From NCBI GenBank assembly GCA_964016885.1, contig OZ024754.1:30690001-30754000 (forward strand): a stretch of DNA of 64,000 nucleotides, read 5' to 3'. This document shows positions 14,793-28,454 of the stretch, in pieces (position 1 is the stretch's first letter; each line of letters opens with the position of its first letter). Both the position numbers and the translations under genes were made by a program. The notes below the pieces were generated by a model. The model was not told the DNA's origin. It saw only the letters and a program-made list of their open reading frames with translations, and did not search any database. This DNA comes from Eledone cirrhosa (lineage: Eukaryota).

Positions 14793-14950
14793 CCCATCAT
14801 CAGATCCAATGGAGTCCGAACAACAACAACAACAACAACAACAACACCCATCATCAGATCCGATGGACTCACAACAACAACAACAACTGGAACACACATC
14901 GTCAGATCTGACAGAGTTCCAACAACAACAACAACAACAACAACCACAAC
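14476..14950 (+). repeat. Minisatellite CCCATCATCAGATCCAATGGWGTCCG(AAC)n, about 8 units
   Basis: A constant core of about 27 bp separated by variable-length (AAC)n, continuing from a SINE 3' end. Confidence 0.9.
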
Positions 14951-15250
14951 ACACTACACAGACATGGAAACAATGTCTTTGAGTGGCGTTCCAAGAATTT
15001 AATGTGTAATTGGATGCTATGTCATTGATAGAGATTTAGATTGGTTCTGTTTCAAAATGGCCAGTAAAATAGATTGAAGTCTTACCTGTCAGTCTCACCT
15101 GTACCTATCTCCTCATATTTCTTCATATTCCTCCTATATCCCACACCCTTTATAATCTAGCTTCTCTTCACTGCAGACATTCACCAATTATTAAGTTTTT
15201 GTTTCTATTTTAATGTTGTTATTCTTGTATTGTTGTATTGTTTCACTCAT

Positions 15251-16631
15251 TTCAGGAATTTAGCGTACAGGTTGGGGTCCACCAGGGCTCTGTTCTTATC
15301 CCCCTCCTGTTCATCATAGTCCTGCAGGCAATAACGGAGGAGTTTAAGACCGGATGCCCATGGGAACACCTGTATGCTGATGACCTCGCACTTATAGCTG
15401 AATCTATGGTAGAACTAGAGAATAAATTCCAAACTTGGAAGCAGGGACTAGAAAGAAAGGGTCTCAAAGTCAACATGACAAAGACTAAGGTCCTTGTAAG
15501 TAGACGAGAAAACAGAACCCAGATCCCCTCAGGGAAATGGCCTTGCTCAGTATGTCGGAAAGGTGTAGGTAGGAACTCAATTCTCTGCCCCAAATGCAAA
15601 CAGTGGGTACACAAGAGATGTAGCGGGATCTCAGGAAGCTTAATTAAGAATGTAGGCTTCACATGCAGCAGCTGTGCTGGGACAGCAAGCAGCAAACAGC
15701 CACAGGAAACAAGTACCACCAATCTCTGGGAGGGCTCTGTAGAAACAGTAGACAGCTTCTGCTACCTAGGTGACCGAATTAGCAGCGGAGGTGGGTTTTC
15801 AGAAAGTACAATAACTAGGGTAAGAACGGGATGGAAGAAGTTTAGGAAACTACTACCACTGCTAGCTGCAAAAAGCTTCTCCCTCAGAATGAAAGGCAGA
15901 CTGTATGATGCGTGTATCCGAACAGCGAGGTTGCATGGTAGTGAGACCTGGGCGCTGAAGGTGGAAGACTTACGTAGATTAGAGAGAAACGAAGCCTGCA
16001 TGCTCCGATGGATGTGTAACAGTAATATACGTAAACGACAAAGCATAAATGAATTGAGAGAGAGACTGAGCATAAGAGGAATCAAATGCTGTGTGCAGGA
16101 GAGGTGGTTGCGCTGGTATGGACATGTGATGCGTATGAAGGATGACAGCTGAATAAAAAGGTGCAGAGCACTAGAAGTCGATGGAAACCGCGGAGTGGGG
16201 AGACCCAAGAAGACCTGGGATGAGGTGATAAAAGCCGACCTTACCCAATTACACCTCTCAAAGACAATGACACACGACCGTGACCTCTGGCGTCACGCAG
16301 TAATACAGAGTACCCGACCTCCCATGGGTACAAGCTGAAGCATATAGACAATATGCCCCCACACCCCCCACTGCAAGGAGGTCGTAGAGGTGCCACGGCA
16401 AAAAAAGCACCCAGCCCACACTGTAAAGTGGACATGTAGGCGCCACGAAAAAGCACCCAGCACTCACTGTAAATGAGGTTGGTGTTAGGAAGGGCATCCA
16501 GCTGTAGAAATCAAGCCAAATCAGTTCCTGTATGAGCAAGGCATGGTCAGCCGACCATACACTGCCCACAACAGGACAACCCGTCTAACCCATGCTAGCA
16601 TGGAAGAACGGACGTAAAACGGTGATGATGA
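15251..16631 (+). mobile_element. 5'-truncated RTE-clade LINE (RT with internal Cys/His finger), premature stop
   Basis: ORF 15238-16152 contains GVHQGSVL.PLLF, LYADDL, FCYLG, LHGSETW and RWYGHVMRM. A TGA at 16150 replaces the Cys seen in the 7731 copy. 3' UTR and (GAT)n tail present. Confidence 0.92.
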
Positions 16632-16825
16632 TTGAACTGAAGCAGAAAAAGTTAAATTTAGTTGGAGACAATATAATATGTATGTGTATATATACATGTA
16701 TATATATATAATATATATATATAATATAATATAATGTATGTGTGTGTGTATGTATTTGTGTTTGTATGTGTGTATGTATGTAAGTGTGTATATGTGTATG
16801 AATGTATGAGAAATTAAATAAGAAA

Positions 16826-17510
16826 TGTAGCGAATCTGTCCGCGCCTTGAACCTTGGGTGACACCTAAAGGTCAAATTCTAGGTCACCACGCTTTTGGTG
16901 TGAACATGTTGATGCATTGGCCATCCCCTCAAGGTGGGAGGCAGGAAGCGACAGGTATATAAAGCCTTTATCATCCCACGTTTACACAGAGAGACATCGG
17001 AGCACCCCACTACAGAACAAGCTATGTGAAAGATTCACCACTATCAACAGACCCCAGTGGTCTACAGAAAGACAAGAAAGATCGGAGCATTACGCTAGCA
17101 ACTAACTATGTAAAGATTCACAGTTACTACAGACCCCAGAGGTCTATTGAAATACTGAGTGATTGGAGCCCTACTACTACAGAACACAAATGTGGAAGAT
17201 TCACCGCTGTCTGCAGGCCACGGTGGTTCACAGTTACTACAGACCATAATAGAGGTATACAAACCATATCTCTCTCTCTCTTACTCACTACGGTCTCACA
17301 ATTACTACCACGGACTCCAACTTCCAACAACAACATTATCTGTTCGCTTGCTGTTTTCACATAAACAACAATAACAAAATTAACAACTCTTGGTAACTGT
17401 TTTATTGTACTTTTTAATTGATTCACGTGAAGTAAACCATATATAAACAAAATCATTTATTATTATTATACTTGTTATTACCTCTAACAATCATGTTACC
17501 CCATCTAACA
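16826..17510 (+). mobile_element. Probable solo LTR
   Basis: TGTAG...CTAACA ends, TATATAAAG box at about 16956, internal degenerate tandem repeats. No clear TSD. Confidence 0.4.
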
Positions 17511-17632
17511 ATAACTGCTTCTTAATTCATCGTTAAAGAAATAGAGACAGGCAGAGGCAGAAACAAACAAAAAAATTATTTAAGAAAAAGCATATCTATT
17601 CACATCAGCATCTCTAAGAAAACTGTTATATA

Positions 17633-17822
17633 TCATCATCATCATCATACGTCCACTTTTCCATGCTTGCAAGGGTGGACGGGTCCTTTTCAGCACAGCA
17701 TCTCTCCATTTGTCACGGTCCTTCGTCATCTTCTCCGTGAACTTCAGCAATCTGAGGTCTGCTCTCACCACCTCCGCTCATGTTTTTCGTGGTCTTCCTC
17801 TACTGCGTCTTTCTTCTACTGG
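17633..17822 (-). mobile_element. Short RTE 3' fragment (second subfamily)
   Basis: Encodes ..EMTKDRDKWRDAVL as in 35720-36154, with a (GAT)n tail. Confidence 0.8.
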
Positions 17823-17838
17823 AAAGAACAAACAAAGA

Positions 17839-17869
<31 letters not shown>

Positions 17870-17937
17870 CGTGGAGAAGTAAATAAAGGAGATCAAAATG
17901 TTAATAAATGAAAAATATTCTCATAATCAAAATATAT

Positions 17938-17998
17938 ATTTTATTATACATATTTCAAAGGTACAATGGTGTTTAAGTACGTTTTCATCAGACAAAAT
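17938..17998 (-). ncRNA. Type I hammerhead ribozyme motif within a (TA)n-flanked element (17871-18135)
   Basis: attttgt-CTGATGA-aaacgtac..gtaccttt-GAAA-TATGTA-TA-ataaaat. A second copy at 56959-57018 has a CTGATAA core mutation. Confidence 0.75.
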
Positions 17999-18364
17999 AT
18001 AAGATTTGATATGTGACATACCGCTACGGTTTTGATTATTCGATTCCAGTATTGGCAGTGATTTATTTCATCAAATCTCAACGTTTTTATACCACAAATA
18101 ATATGATAAACTTAAAGAAGAAAAGGATGTAGAGCAATATATATATATATATAATGTGGGTAATAATAAATATTACCCAGTTACAAGTATAAAAATAGCT
18201 CATTGTAAAATACCAAGTATACTACGGAGCCAAAATACAATATAAATAACAATCAAAGAGTGTTTTAAACACTCTTTGATTGTCATTTATATTGTATATA
18301 TTATGTATATATATATATATACATATATATACACACACACACACACATATATATATACACACAT

Positions 18365-18884
18365 ACTAGCCAAATTACCCACGCCTTGCTGCATTTCATA
18401 CAATTTTTTTTGTAAGAAAATGATGGTTGATTTTAAATCAGTGATATAATTTATGGAGAAAAACTCTGCATTTCAATATTACTCAATGTAAAATGTAATG
18501 CATGAAAAATTGGAAAACATTATTTTTTGTAATATATCAAATCAAAATTACATTATTAAATCTTATTCTTATTTTGTTTCTTGTAAATAATTTTTTTCAA
18601 AATATGAATTCAAAACTTGATCATCTCATTTTTGGGCTTACAAAAAATTCATTATAGGGGGTTTAACCCATTGAAATTTGCTGAAAGTTTGTGAATAGGT
18701 ATCATATCTTGTCATTAACCTATGGTTTAAATTTCATATAAATTGAAGGGAAAAAACTTTCAGCAGGGTTTTGTGCCCCCTGGGAACCCTTTGATTAAAA
18801 TGAAATATACTTATCCAAGTACCCTGGGCAATGTAGTTTCAGAATGTATACAGCATATAAACAAACAAACAGACAGGAACTACA

Positions 18885-18900
<16 letters not shown>
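18365..18900 (+). mobile_element. Non-autonomous Helitron/Helentron-like element
   Basis: Start CTAGCCAAATTACCCACGCCTTGCTGC and end (AAAC)n..CTTTATATAT resemble Lep1/HINE-type rolling-circle elements. Confidence 0.45.
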
Positions 18901-18924
<24 letters not shown>

Positions 18925-19676
18925 AGTAACAGCCGTACTAAGAGTGGGAAATGAAATTTCGTTTCATTTTTTTCCGTTTATATATATATGTATATTTATT
19001 ATTTATATATAAGTATAGATGAGTCTGTTACGTTTTAAATCTTTTACAACTTTTCACAGAAACCAAAGGTGATACCTGTGAGGGTACCTGGTTATTCCAC
19101 TGCCTTAACCTTGCCACCACCCACGCTAATTATGTGTTTACGTTGCCTTACCTAAACATTTTTAGAGAGAATTTCCAGCTCTCTCTGTTGTGGCATGTGA
19201 TTTGCTATATCTTCATATACTTGCACATATAAATCGTAACAGTTCTTTATTGTCTATAGAAGACTAAGTTCTTCCTTGTATATACATAATGTCAGGAGAG
19301 AATTTATGGTTTTGAAGAGAGAGGAATATGATATGTCATCCTGAAGAACAGAACTTGTGGAATTAAAAGAGAAATAGTTTTAACTGAGAATCAAAACTAG
19401 TTGATTTGGTTTAATGTAAACTGGCTTCTTATTTGGGTGATGTATTTACATAAGCCTATGGTGGTGGTGGTGCTGGTAGTGGTGGTGGTGGTGGTCAAGG
19501 TGGTAGAAGTGATGGGGATGCTGGTGGTGGTAGTGGTGGTAGTGGTGGTGGTGGTGATGATAGCAGTAGTGGTGGTGATGGTGGTGGTAGGAGTGATGAT
19601 GGTGGTGGTTGTGGTGATGATGATGGTGTTGAATGAACGCCCCCCCCCCCGCAACCCCTTCCTCCAATCCCCCAAC

Positions 19677-19712
<36 letters not shown>

Positions 19713-20266
19713 TCATCAGTCTGAAGGTTTCAGTTTCAAACTCACAAGAGGAATATTTCCTTCTCTATTTGAATATTATAATTAATTCTACACTTGACAA
19801 ACTTCAGTTTACCTAAGTGTTGGGGAACAGGTAACCGGATACAATCACTTGGGATTGTTACCTGAATGACACTGCTATCGATTTTTGTATTGATAATATT
19901 CCTGATTATATCTCTATGATAAATTACTTTACAGAATTGGATAAGTGTCCATTGCCTCTCTCTGTCCAATGGTCAACAACTCTCTAAATTAGAGATAGAA
20001 ATATGTGTGTATTGAAGATTTGGAGATGGCTCACTTCCAGGTATTTAATTTAATCCAGAAGATTATTTATTTATCTGGATGGAGTGCAGAAAGAAGGCTG
20101 CTCCTAGGGTCCTAGATCACAGAATGTCGTAATAAATTACTAAAGGTCCCATTCGAGATCCTACCATAACTTTCTATGTATCAGAGTAGGACTGAAGATG
20201 CAATGTTCTTCATAAAGAGTACGACTGAAGACACAATGTTCACTCAAGGACTCACACATACACACA

Positions 20267-20590
20267 TCATCATCATCATCATCCCCGTTTTACGTCCGTT
20301 CTTCCACGCTAGCATGGGTTAGATGGGTTGTCCTGTTGTGGGCAGTGTCTGGTCGGCTGACCATGCCTTGCTCATACAGGAACTGATCTGGCTTGATTTC
20401 TACAGCTGGATGCCCTTCCTAACACCAACCTCATTTACAGTGAGTGCTGGGTGCTTTTTCGTGGCGCCTACACGTCCACTTTACAGTGTGGGCTGGGTGC
20501 TTTTTTGCCGAGGCACCTCCACGACCACCTTGCAGTGGGGGGTGTGGGGGCATATTGTCTATATGCTTCAGCTTGTACCCATGGGAGGTC
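20267..20590 (-). mobile_element. RTE 3' UTR fragment
   Basis: Near-identical to the reverse complement of 16316-16631. Confidence 0.9.
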
Positions 20591-20599
20591 ACACATATA

Positions 20600-20663
<64 letters not shown>

Positions 20664-20855
20664 GGTTTGAAGGTTCACCACTAGATAGAGCTGGTCAATT
20701 CAGTATGGTCAATCTTAATGTAATAATATGGAGAGTACTCAATGTAAAGGAGTTCAACCGTCTTCGTTTTTGTAGTTGGTGGTGCTAGTACGGAGTTAAA
20801 TATTATAATAAAATGACAGGAGGCTGGACTTGTGTAAATCCTTGAAAGGTTTATT

Positions 20856-20913
20856 ATACTATGATCATTTCAATGACCGGGTTCCGTATGAATCCGGTGA
20901 TATCATCAGGTAT
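20856..20913 (-). ncRNA. Type I hammerhead ribozyme motif (family D)
   Basis: atac-CTGATGA-tatcaccggattcatacggaacccggtcatt-GAAA-TGATCA-TA-gtat. Confidence 0.8.
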
Positions 20914-21081
20914 TCGAAATATAATAAATGAATGTAATAGATAAAATCCATGGGGCTGAAAATCAAAGACCAGAGGACGACCGACATCTAGCATCTTCCA
21001 CCTTTGCCGGTCGCCCTCAATTATATATATATATGGATGTATATATAATGTATTTTGCAATACACTATTTCAGAGCTCCAA

Positions 21082-21143
<62 letters not shown>

Positions 21144-21228
21144 GAAAAATTGAACAGGGACAGAACAGAGAGGCAGTACGATAAATGTTTATTAAATTCA
21201 CGCTCAGGAGAGTGGGGGGTAGGTGGGG

Positions 21229-21262
21229 GACGACGTTTCGGGCATAAGCCCTTCTTCAGGTG
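21229..21262 (-). ncRNA. Hammerhead core motif without evident stem I
   Basis: CTGAAGA-a gggc ttat gccc-GAAA-CGTC-GTC. The flanks do not pair. A similar degenerate core lies at about 21793-21825 (minus). Confidence 0.45.
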
Positions 21263-21889
21263 AGAAGTGTGTGGGAACAGAGTTCAAAAGGTGTGTAGGG
21301 GAGTGGTGGAGAGACATATAGCGAAAGGAAACGGTGCGAATGAAAAATTAACAAATAAAGACAAAAAATATAATAAATAATAAATAAAAATAAAGCATGA
21401 TCAAAATACAAGGAATGAGAAAATTTAAAAATAAAGGCCTGATCAAAATAAACTGAAATTAAAAGGGGGGTAAACAGGTGGTGGAAGGGTGTGGAGTGAG
21501 CAGGGGTGGTGGCGGGTGGAGTGGGGAGAGGGAGACGGGGTGTCCGAGCGGGGAGGGCTGAAGGTGGTGTGTGTGGTTAGGTGTGTGTGTGTATGTGAAA
21601 GTGAGGGTTGGGGGAAGAACGGGGTTGCATATATATATATATGAGAGAAGGAAATGGTAGTTTACTTGAAGCATTGCGTAGTGAGGTATAAACGTTTGGA
21701 GTTAGAATGCCAGAACAATGCAGGTATGGATATAGAATATAAATACAAATGCAAAAGATATCGCTGACAATTAGTCTTTTACCTTAAATTTATTTGACTA
21801 TCCTTAAGTTTCGAGATATCTCTTCTTCGGAGGGAAGTAAAGGGGTTAATCCAGTGTTCTAATTAGCTTGAAACATTATATATATATAT

Positions 21890-22051
21890 ATAATGTTTAA
21901 TATAGAAATGGCTTCTACAGGACTAAAACTGTTTCATTTGAAGGAAACAGTTCTAGTCCTGTAGAAGCCATTTCTATTAAACATTATATATACTCTACTA
22001 TGTATCGAGTACCTTACTTACTGTGGTTACCCTTGATTGAACGCAGGATAC

Positions 22052-22057
<6 letters not shown>
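21890..22057 (+). mobile_element. (TA)n-flanked fold-back element, family F (short copy)
   Basis: Arms 21890-21935 and 21944-21986, with a hammerhead 3' half only. Tail homologous to 58081-58147. Confidence 0.75.
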
Positions 22058-22082
<25 letters not shown>

Positions 22083-22439
22083 ACATATTTAATTTGCTTA
22101 TGAGTGAATTTGGACAATTCTTGAGAAGGGCAATCTGCTGCTGTTCTCCTCTTCTCTTATTCTGCTATTCTATTCTGATGCTCTCCTATTCTGTAGTTCT
22201 GATGTTAATCTATTCTGCTGTTCTTCTGATCTCCTATTCTGACATTCTGCTATTCTGACATTCTGCTATTCTGCTGTACTATTCTGCTGTTCTGATGTTC
22301 TGACATTTTGCTATTCTGCTGTACTATTCTGCTGTTCTGCTGTTCTGCTGTTCTGCTGTTCTGATGTTCTGCTCTGAATCATTCAGTTTTACTGCCACAG
22401 GTGAAACGTACTTTACAAGGACACAACTATGCTGACCCT

Positions 22440-24810
22440 GTCTGTGTGTGTGTGACACTGTGTGTCTGTGTGACTGTCTTTAGACTCTGCTGTGTGTGTG
22501 TGTGTGTGTGTGCGTGTGTGTGACTGTGATTGTGTATGAGAGACTGTGTGACTGTGTGTATGGCTGTGATTGTGTGTGAGAGACTGTGTGACTCTGTGTG
22601 TGTGTGTGCGCGACTGTGATTGTGTATGAGAGACTGTGTGACTGTGTGTATGACTGTGATTGTGTGTGAGAGACTGTGTGACTCTGTGTGTGTGTGTGCG
22701 CGACTGTGATTGTGTATGAGAGACTGTGTGACTCTGTATGTGTGTGTGTGTGTGACTGTGATTGTGTGTGAGATACTGTGTGACTCTGTGTATGTGTGTG
22801 TGTGACTGTGATTGTGTGTGAGAGACTGTGTGACTCTGTGTATGTGTGTGAGAGACTGTGTGACTCTGTGTATGTGTGTGTGCGACTGTGATTGTGTATG
22901 AGAGACTGTGTGACTCTGTGTGTGTGTGTGTGTGTGTGTGACTGTGATTGTGTGTGAGAGACTGTGTGACTGTGTGTAAGACTGTGATTGTGTGTGAGAG
23001 ACTATGTGACTCTGTGTATGTGTGTGTGCGACTGTGATTGTGTGTGAGAGACTGTGTGACTCTGTGTGTGTGTGTGTGCGACTGTGATTGTGTATGAGAG
23101 ACTGTGTGACTGTGTGTGTGTGTGTGACTGTGATTGTGTGAGAGAGACTGTGTGACTGTGTGCGTTTGTGTGTGTGTGTGTGTGTGTCTGACAATGTGTG
23201 TGATTGCGATTGTATGTGTGACTGTGTGTGTGTGTGTGTGTGTATGACTGTGTGTGTGTGTGACTATGTGCGTGTGTGAAAAACTGTGTGTGTGTGTGTG
23301 TATGACTGTGCATGTGTATGTGTCTGTGTGTGTATGTGTATGACTGTGCATGTGTATGACTGTGCATGTGTGAGATACTGTGTGTGTGTATATGTGTATG
23401 ACTGCGTGTGTATGTGTCTGTGTGTGTATGTGTCTGTGTATATGTATGACTGTGCGTGTGTATGACTGTGCATGTGTGAGATACTGTGTGTGTGTATGTG
23501 TATGACTGCATGTGTATGTGTCTGTGTGTATGTATGACTGTGCGTGTGTATGTATGACTGTGTGTGTGTATGTCTGTGACTGTGACTGTGTGTAGCCATG
23601 TGTGACTGTGTGTAGCCATGTGTGTGAGAGAGAGAGAGTGTATATCTGTATATGTGTATGAATATGTCTATGTCTGCTTGTGTATGTGTGTATGTCTGTG
23701 TATGTTTGTACGTCTGTGTCTATGTGTATATGTGTATGTCAGTGTGTGTCTGTCTGTGTCTGTGTCTGTGTGTATGCATGTGACTGTATATGTTTGTGTA
23801 TGTGCCTGTCTCTCTATGTATGTGTCTATATATGGCTGTGTATGTATGTGTGTATGTATATATGTCTCTTTATGTATGTGTTTATATATGGCTGTGTATG
23901 TATGTGTGCCTCTCTCTCTATGTATGTGTCTATATATGGCTGTGTATGTATGTATGTATGCATGCCTCTCTCTCTATGTATGTGTCTATATATGGCTGTG
24001 TATGTATGTATGTATGTGTGCCTCTCTGTCTATGTATGTGTCTATATATGGCTGTGTATGTATGTATGTGTGCCTCTCTCTCTATGTATGTGTCTATATA
24101 TGGCTGTGTATGTATGTATGTATGTATGTGTGCCTCTCTCTCTATGTATGTGTCTATATATGGCTGTGTACGTATGTATGTATGTATGTGTGCCTCTCTC
24201 TCTATGTATGTGTCTATATATGGCTGTGTATGTATGTATGTATGTATGTGTGCCTCTCTCTCTATGTATGTGTCTATATATGGCTGTGTATGTATGTATG
24301 TATGTGTGTCTCTCTCTCTATGTATGTGTCTATATATGGCTGTGTATGTATGTATGTATGTGTGCCTCTCTCTCTATGTATGTGTCTATATATGGCTGTG
24401 TATGTATGTGTGTTTGTCTCGCTATATATGTCTATATATGTCTGTGTATGTATGTGTATCTGTCTATGTCTGAGTATGTCTGTGTATGTATGTGTATCTG
24501 TCTATATCTTTTATATGTGTCTGTGTATGTCTGTGTATATATGTGTATCTGTCTATGTCTCTCTATATGTCTATGTATGCCTGTGTATGTGTATCTGTCT
24601 ACATCTCTCTATGCGTCTGTTATATATGTGTGCCTCTCTATATCTCTCTATATATCTGTGTATATATGTGTATCTGTCTATATCTTTCTATATATCTGTG
24701 TATATATGTGTATCTGTCTATATCTCTCTATATGTCTATCTGTGTATATATATGTATCTGTCTATATCTCTATATGTCTATGTCTATCTATATATATATG
24801 TATGTAAGCA
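22440..24810. repeat. (TG)n-derived minisatellite arrays
   Basis: Unit GACTGTGATTGTGTGTGAGAGACTGTGT (22520-23170) and unit GTGCCTCTCTCTCTATGTATGTGTCTATATATGGCTGTGTATG (23800-24410). Confidence 0.9.
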
Positions 24811-24883
24811 GGTTTTTAGTCTCATACCACTGCTGTTATTGTTTTATTGATTTATCAAAGAAAAGCACTGCTTGCTAGATATT

Positions 24884-25378
24884 GTGGATTGACAGTATCG
24901 GTAGAGGGTCGGACACCATGCTTTGACGCATAGAGTTACGGCCCTTGCCATTCTGAGTTCAAATCCCGCCAAGGTTAACTTTGCCTTTCATCCTTACGGG
25001 GTCGATAAAATAAAGTAGCAGTAATGTACTGGGTAATTGCTGGACTTGTGCCAAAAGTAGAAACAATTATTTATTATTTGGCAGTATCGGTAGAGGGTCG
25101 GACGCCATGCTTTGAAGCATAGAGTTACCTCCCTTTATGATCTGAGTTCAAATCCCGCCGAGGTTAACTTTGCCTTTCATCCTTACAGGGTCGATAAAAC
25201 AAAGTACCAGTAATACACTGGGATAATTGCTGGCCTTGTGCCAAAAGTAGAAACAATTATTTATTATTTATTATTAGTTTTGCCTTTCATCCTTACGGGG
25301 TCGATAAAATAAAGTACCAGTAATGTACTGGGGTAATTGCTGGCCTTGTGCCAAAAGTAGAAACAATTATTATTATTA
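24884..25378 (+). mobile_element. Tandem trimer of MetaSINE-like SINE
   Basis: Head-to-tail copies at 24884-25075, 25079-25270 and (3' half) 25278-25378, each ending AAGTAGAAACAATTATT. Other copies at 31537-31722, 38306-38485 and 48190-48363. Confidence 0.8.
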
Positions 25379-25494
25379 TGTATTGTTGTTTTATTTATTG
25401 TATTTTCATTTATTTATTTATTTGTTTGTTTGTTCGCTGTGTTTATTGTTGCTGTCTGCTGTGTCTGGTCAGTCTCTTTACACAGGTTTTTCTC

Positions 25495-26284
25495 CATCAT
25501 CATCATCAACATTATCATCATTATTCACACCATCCCCATCATCATCATCATCATCAACATTATCATCATCATCAATCACACCATCCCCATCATCATCATC
25601 AACATTATCATCATCATCAATCACACCATCCCCATCATCATCATCAACATTATCATCATCAACTTCACCATCATCATTCTCACCACCACCATCATTGTCA
25701 TAATCAACCTCACCACCATCATCATCATCTTCATCATCACCATTGTCATCATCATCAACAGCAGCAGCAGCACTACCACTACCACCACTACCCCTACCAC
25801 CACTACCACTACTACTACTACTACCACCACCACCACTACCACCACTACCACTACTACTACTACCACCACCACTACCACTACCACTACTACTACTACCACC
25901 ACCACCACCACCACTACCACTACCCCTACCCCTACCACTACCACTACCACCACCACCCCTACCATCACTACCACTACTACTACTACTACTACCACCACCA
26001 CCACGACCCCTACCACCACTACCACTATCACTACCACCCCTACCACCACTACCACTACTACTACCACCACCACCACCACTACCACTACTACTATCACCAC
26101 CACCACCACCACTACCACCACTACTCCTACCACCACTACCACTACTACTTCTACCACCACCACTACCACCACCACCACTACCCCTACCACTACCTCACAT
26201 ACCTCCATCTCTCAGTTATAAACTGAAGCAGTTCTCCTGCTCTCTCTCTCTCTCTCTGTCTCTCTCTCTGTCTCTCTCTCTTTT

Positions 26285-26318
<34 letters not shown>

Positions 26319-26480
26319 TCACTCAAGAATACCATCCACCACCAACAACAACACCTCTAACACCACCACCACCAACAACAACAACACCTCTAACACCACC
26401 ACCACCAACAACAGTAACAACAACAGTAACAACAACAACAGTAACACCAACAACAGTAACACCACCAACAACAACAACAA
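25495..26480. repeat. (CAT)n/(CAC,TAC)n/(CAA)n trinucleotide field
   Basis: Directly visible. Confidence 0.95.
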
Positions 26481-26841
26481 CTGCCAAATTTACATTCCTT
26501 TCATCTAGAATTTGGTCTGAAATTTAGCATAATTTCACCTCAGAGATTTTAGAACCAGAATCAGAGAATCAGAGAATATTAGTTGTAAGAGATAGTGGAA
26601 TGTGGGAATGTGGGAATGGCAGAGAACTAAGAAACTCTGGAGAGAGATGAAATTTATTTCAGTTTATGTTGTAGTTAAATATAAAAGATAAACATTACTT
26701 TCCTGTGTTGTTGTTGCTGATGTTGTTGTAGTCGTTGTTGTTGCTGTTATGGTGAGTCTTGTTACTCTGGAGTTTCATACATACATACATACATACATAC
26801 ATACATACATACATACATACATACATACATACATACATACA

Positions 26842-26872
<31 letters not shown>

Positions 26873-27214
26873 GTATGTATGTATGTATGTATTATGTATG
26901 TGTGCATAGTTATGTATGTGTGTGTGTGTGAAAGACAACCTGCCTAGTGTTTGGTGGTTTACACGATAAAGGCACTCCGTAATCACTATAAAGTGGTTGG
27001 TATTAGGAAGAGCATCATACCATAAAAAGCTTGCCAATCAAAAGGTTGAGAGGACATGGCAGCCTCTAGGGCTGGTGCTATGATAAAATGCACTAACTAG
27101 AATGCAGAGATGTATGTATGTGAGATGCAAATCCCCAGCCCGTCTGGGAGGTCAGTACAGACACAGTCTGTGAAAACCTTTCAAACACAGGGAAAGTGGA
27201 CATTAGATGATGAT

Positions 27215-27217
<3 letters not shown>

Positions 27218-27247
<30 letters not shown>

Positions 27248-27549
27248 TTTACGTCCACTTTTCCCTGTTTGCAAGGGTGGGACGGGAACTGATTCTGGCT
27301 TGATTTCTACAGCTGGATGCCCTTCCTAACACCAACCTCATTTACAGTGAGTGCTGGGTGCTTTTTTGCCGTGGCACCTCCACGACCACTTTACAGTGGT
27401 CCCTATCATTTCATTTCTACAGCTGAGTAAACTGGAGCAATGTGAAATAAAGTGTCTTGCTCAAGGAAACAACACATCACCCGGTCTGAGAATTGAACTC
27501 ACAACCTTTCGATTGCAAGCCCAATGCTCTAACTACTAAGCCATGTGCC
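27218..27549 (-). mobile_element. CORE-like SINE with RTE tail
   Basis: Reverse complement of the 10361 family, including the complete GGCACATGG head. Confidence 0.85.
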
Positions 27550-27812
27550 TTCAATAATGATGATAGATATATATATATGTAAAGTGGTTGTGTAGGTGTC
27601 ACAACAAAAAGCACCCAGCACACACTTTAAATATGGTTGGCGTTAGGAAGGGCATCTAGATGTAGAAACCAAGCCAAAATCAGCCTTGTGTAAGCGAAAC
27701 ACAGTTCTTCGACCTGATCTCTCCCAAAGCGACAACCTGTCCTACCCATGCTAGCATGGAAAATGGACGTTAAACGATGATGATGATGATGATGATGATA
27801 TATATATATGTA

Positions 27813-27859
<47 letters not shown>

Positions 27860-28454
27860 GTGTATGATCACAAATATTTTTATTCTCGATCTTGTTTGTA
27901 TTCCCATAAATAGTTTTTATCCCTTAATTTTAATATAACCCAGCATTGCTACCCTTCGAAAATGATGTCTTGGAACTCATACTATTATATATATATATAT
28001 TTAATTCTGTATCAGGTGCTATGTGAGGCACTAGACATTTCCCCTAATGTCACACAATATTGTATACGTTTTGTAGCTTAACGGCTATAAATTACTGTTT
28101 GTCTTTCGTCTCTTACTCCTTTGTACAGCGTTTGACTTATGTCAGACACTGTGACCCTGGGTGGATCAGCAGTACCGTTGGTAGGGGTCGAAACTGCCCA
28201 AGTCCATCTCAATGGCTGATGACCTTGGAGTTCTGTATCCTTAGTTTGTATATTTTATTTATATATACATATATATATATTTATATATATATATATATAG
28301 GAATGAGTAGGACCCCGACGGCTGAGCTCAAGCCATTTCGACGGCTAATTCTGGACTCTACTACCCTAAGTATTGAGTACTTTGGTGCGTTATGGTCCAC
28401 CTGGTTCCTTACCACATTTCCTTCGTTATATATATATATATATATAAATATATA

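Noticed and set aside
14460-14954. CRISPR array or metallothionein-like Cys-rich ORF
   Set aside because: The spacers are only (AAC)n, there are no cas genes, and the context is eukaryotic. The poly-Cys is the reverse reading of AAC repeats.
28145-28205. Further hammerhead candidates (28145+, 52590-52730-, 62485-62530-)
   Set aside because: The core is incomplete or stem I/III cannot be closed; not counted.
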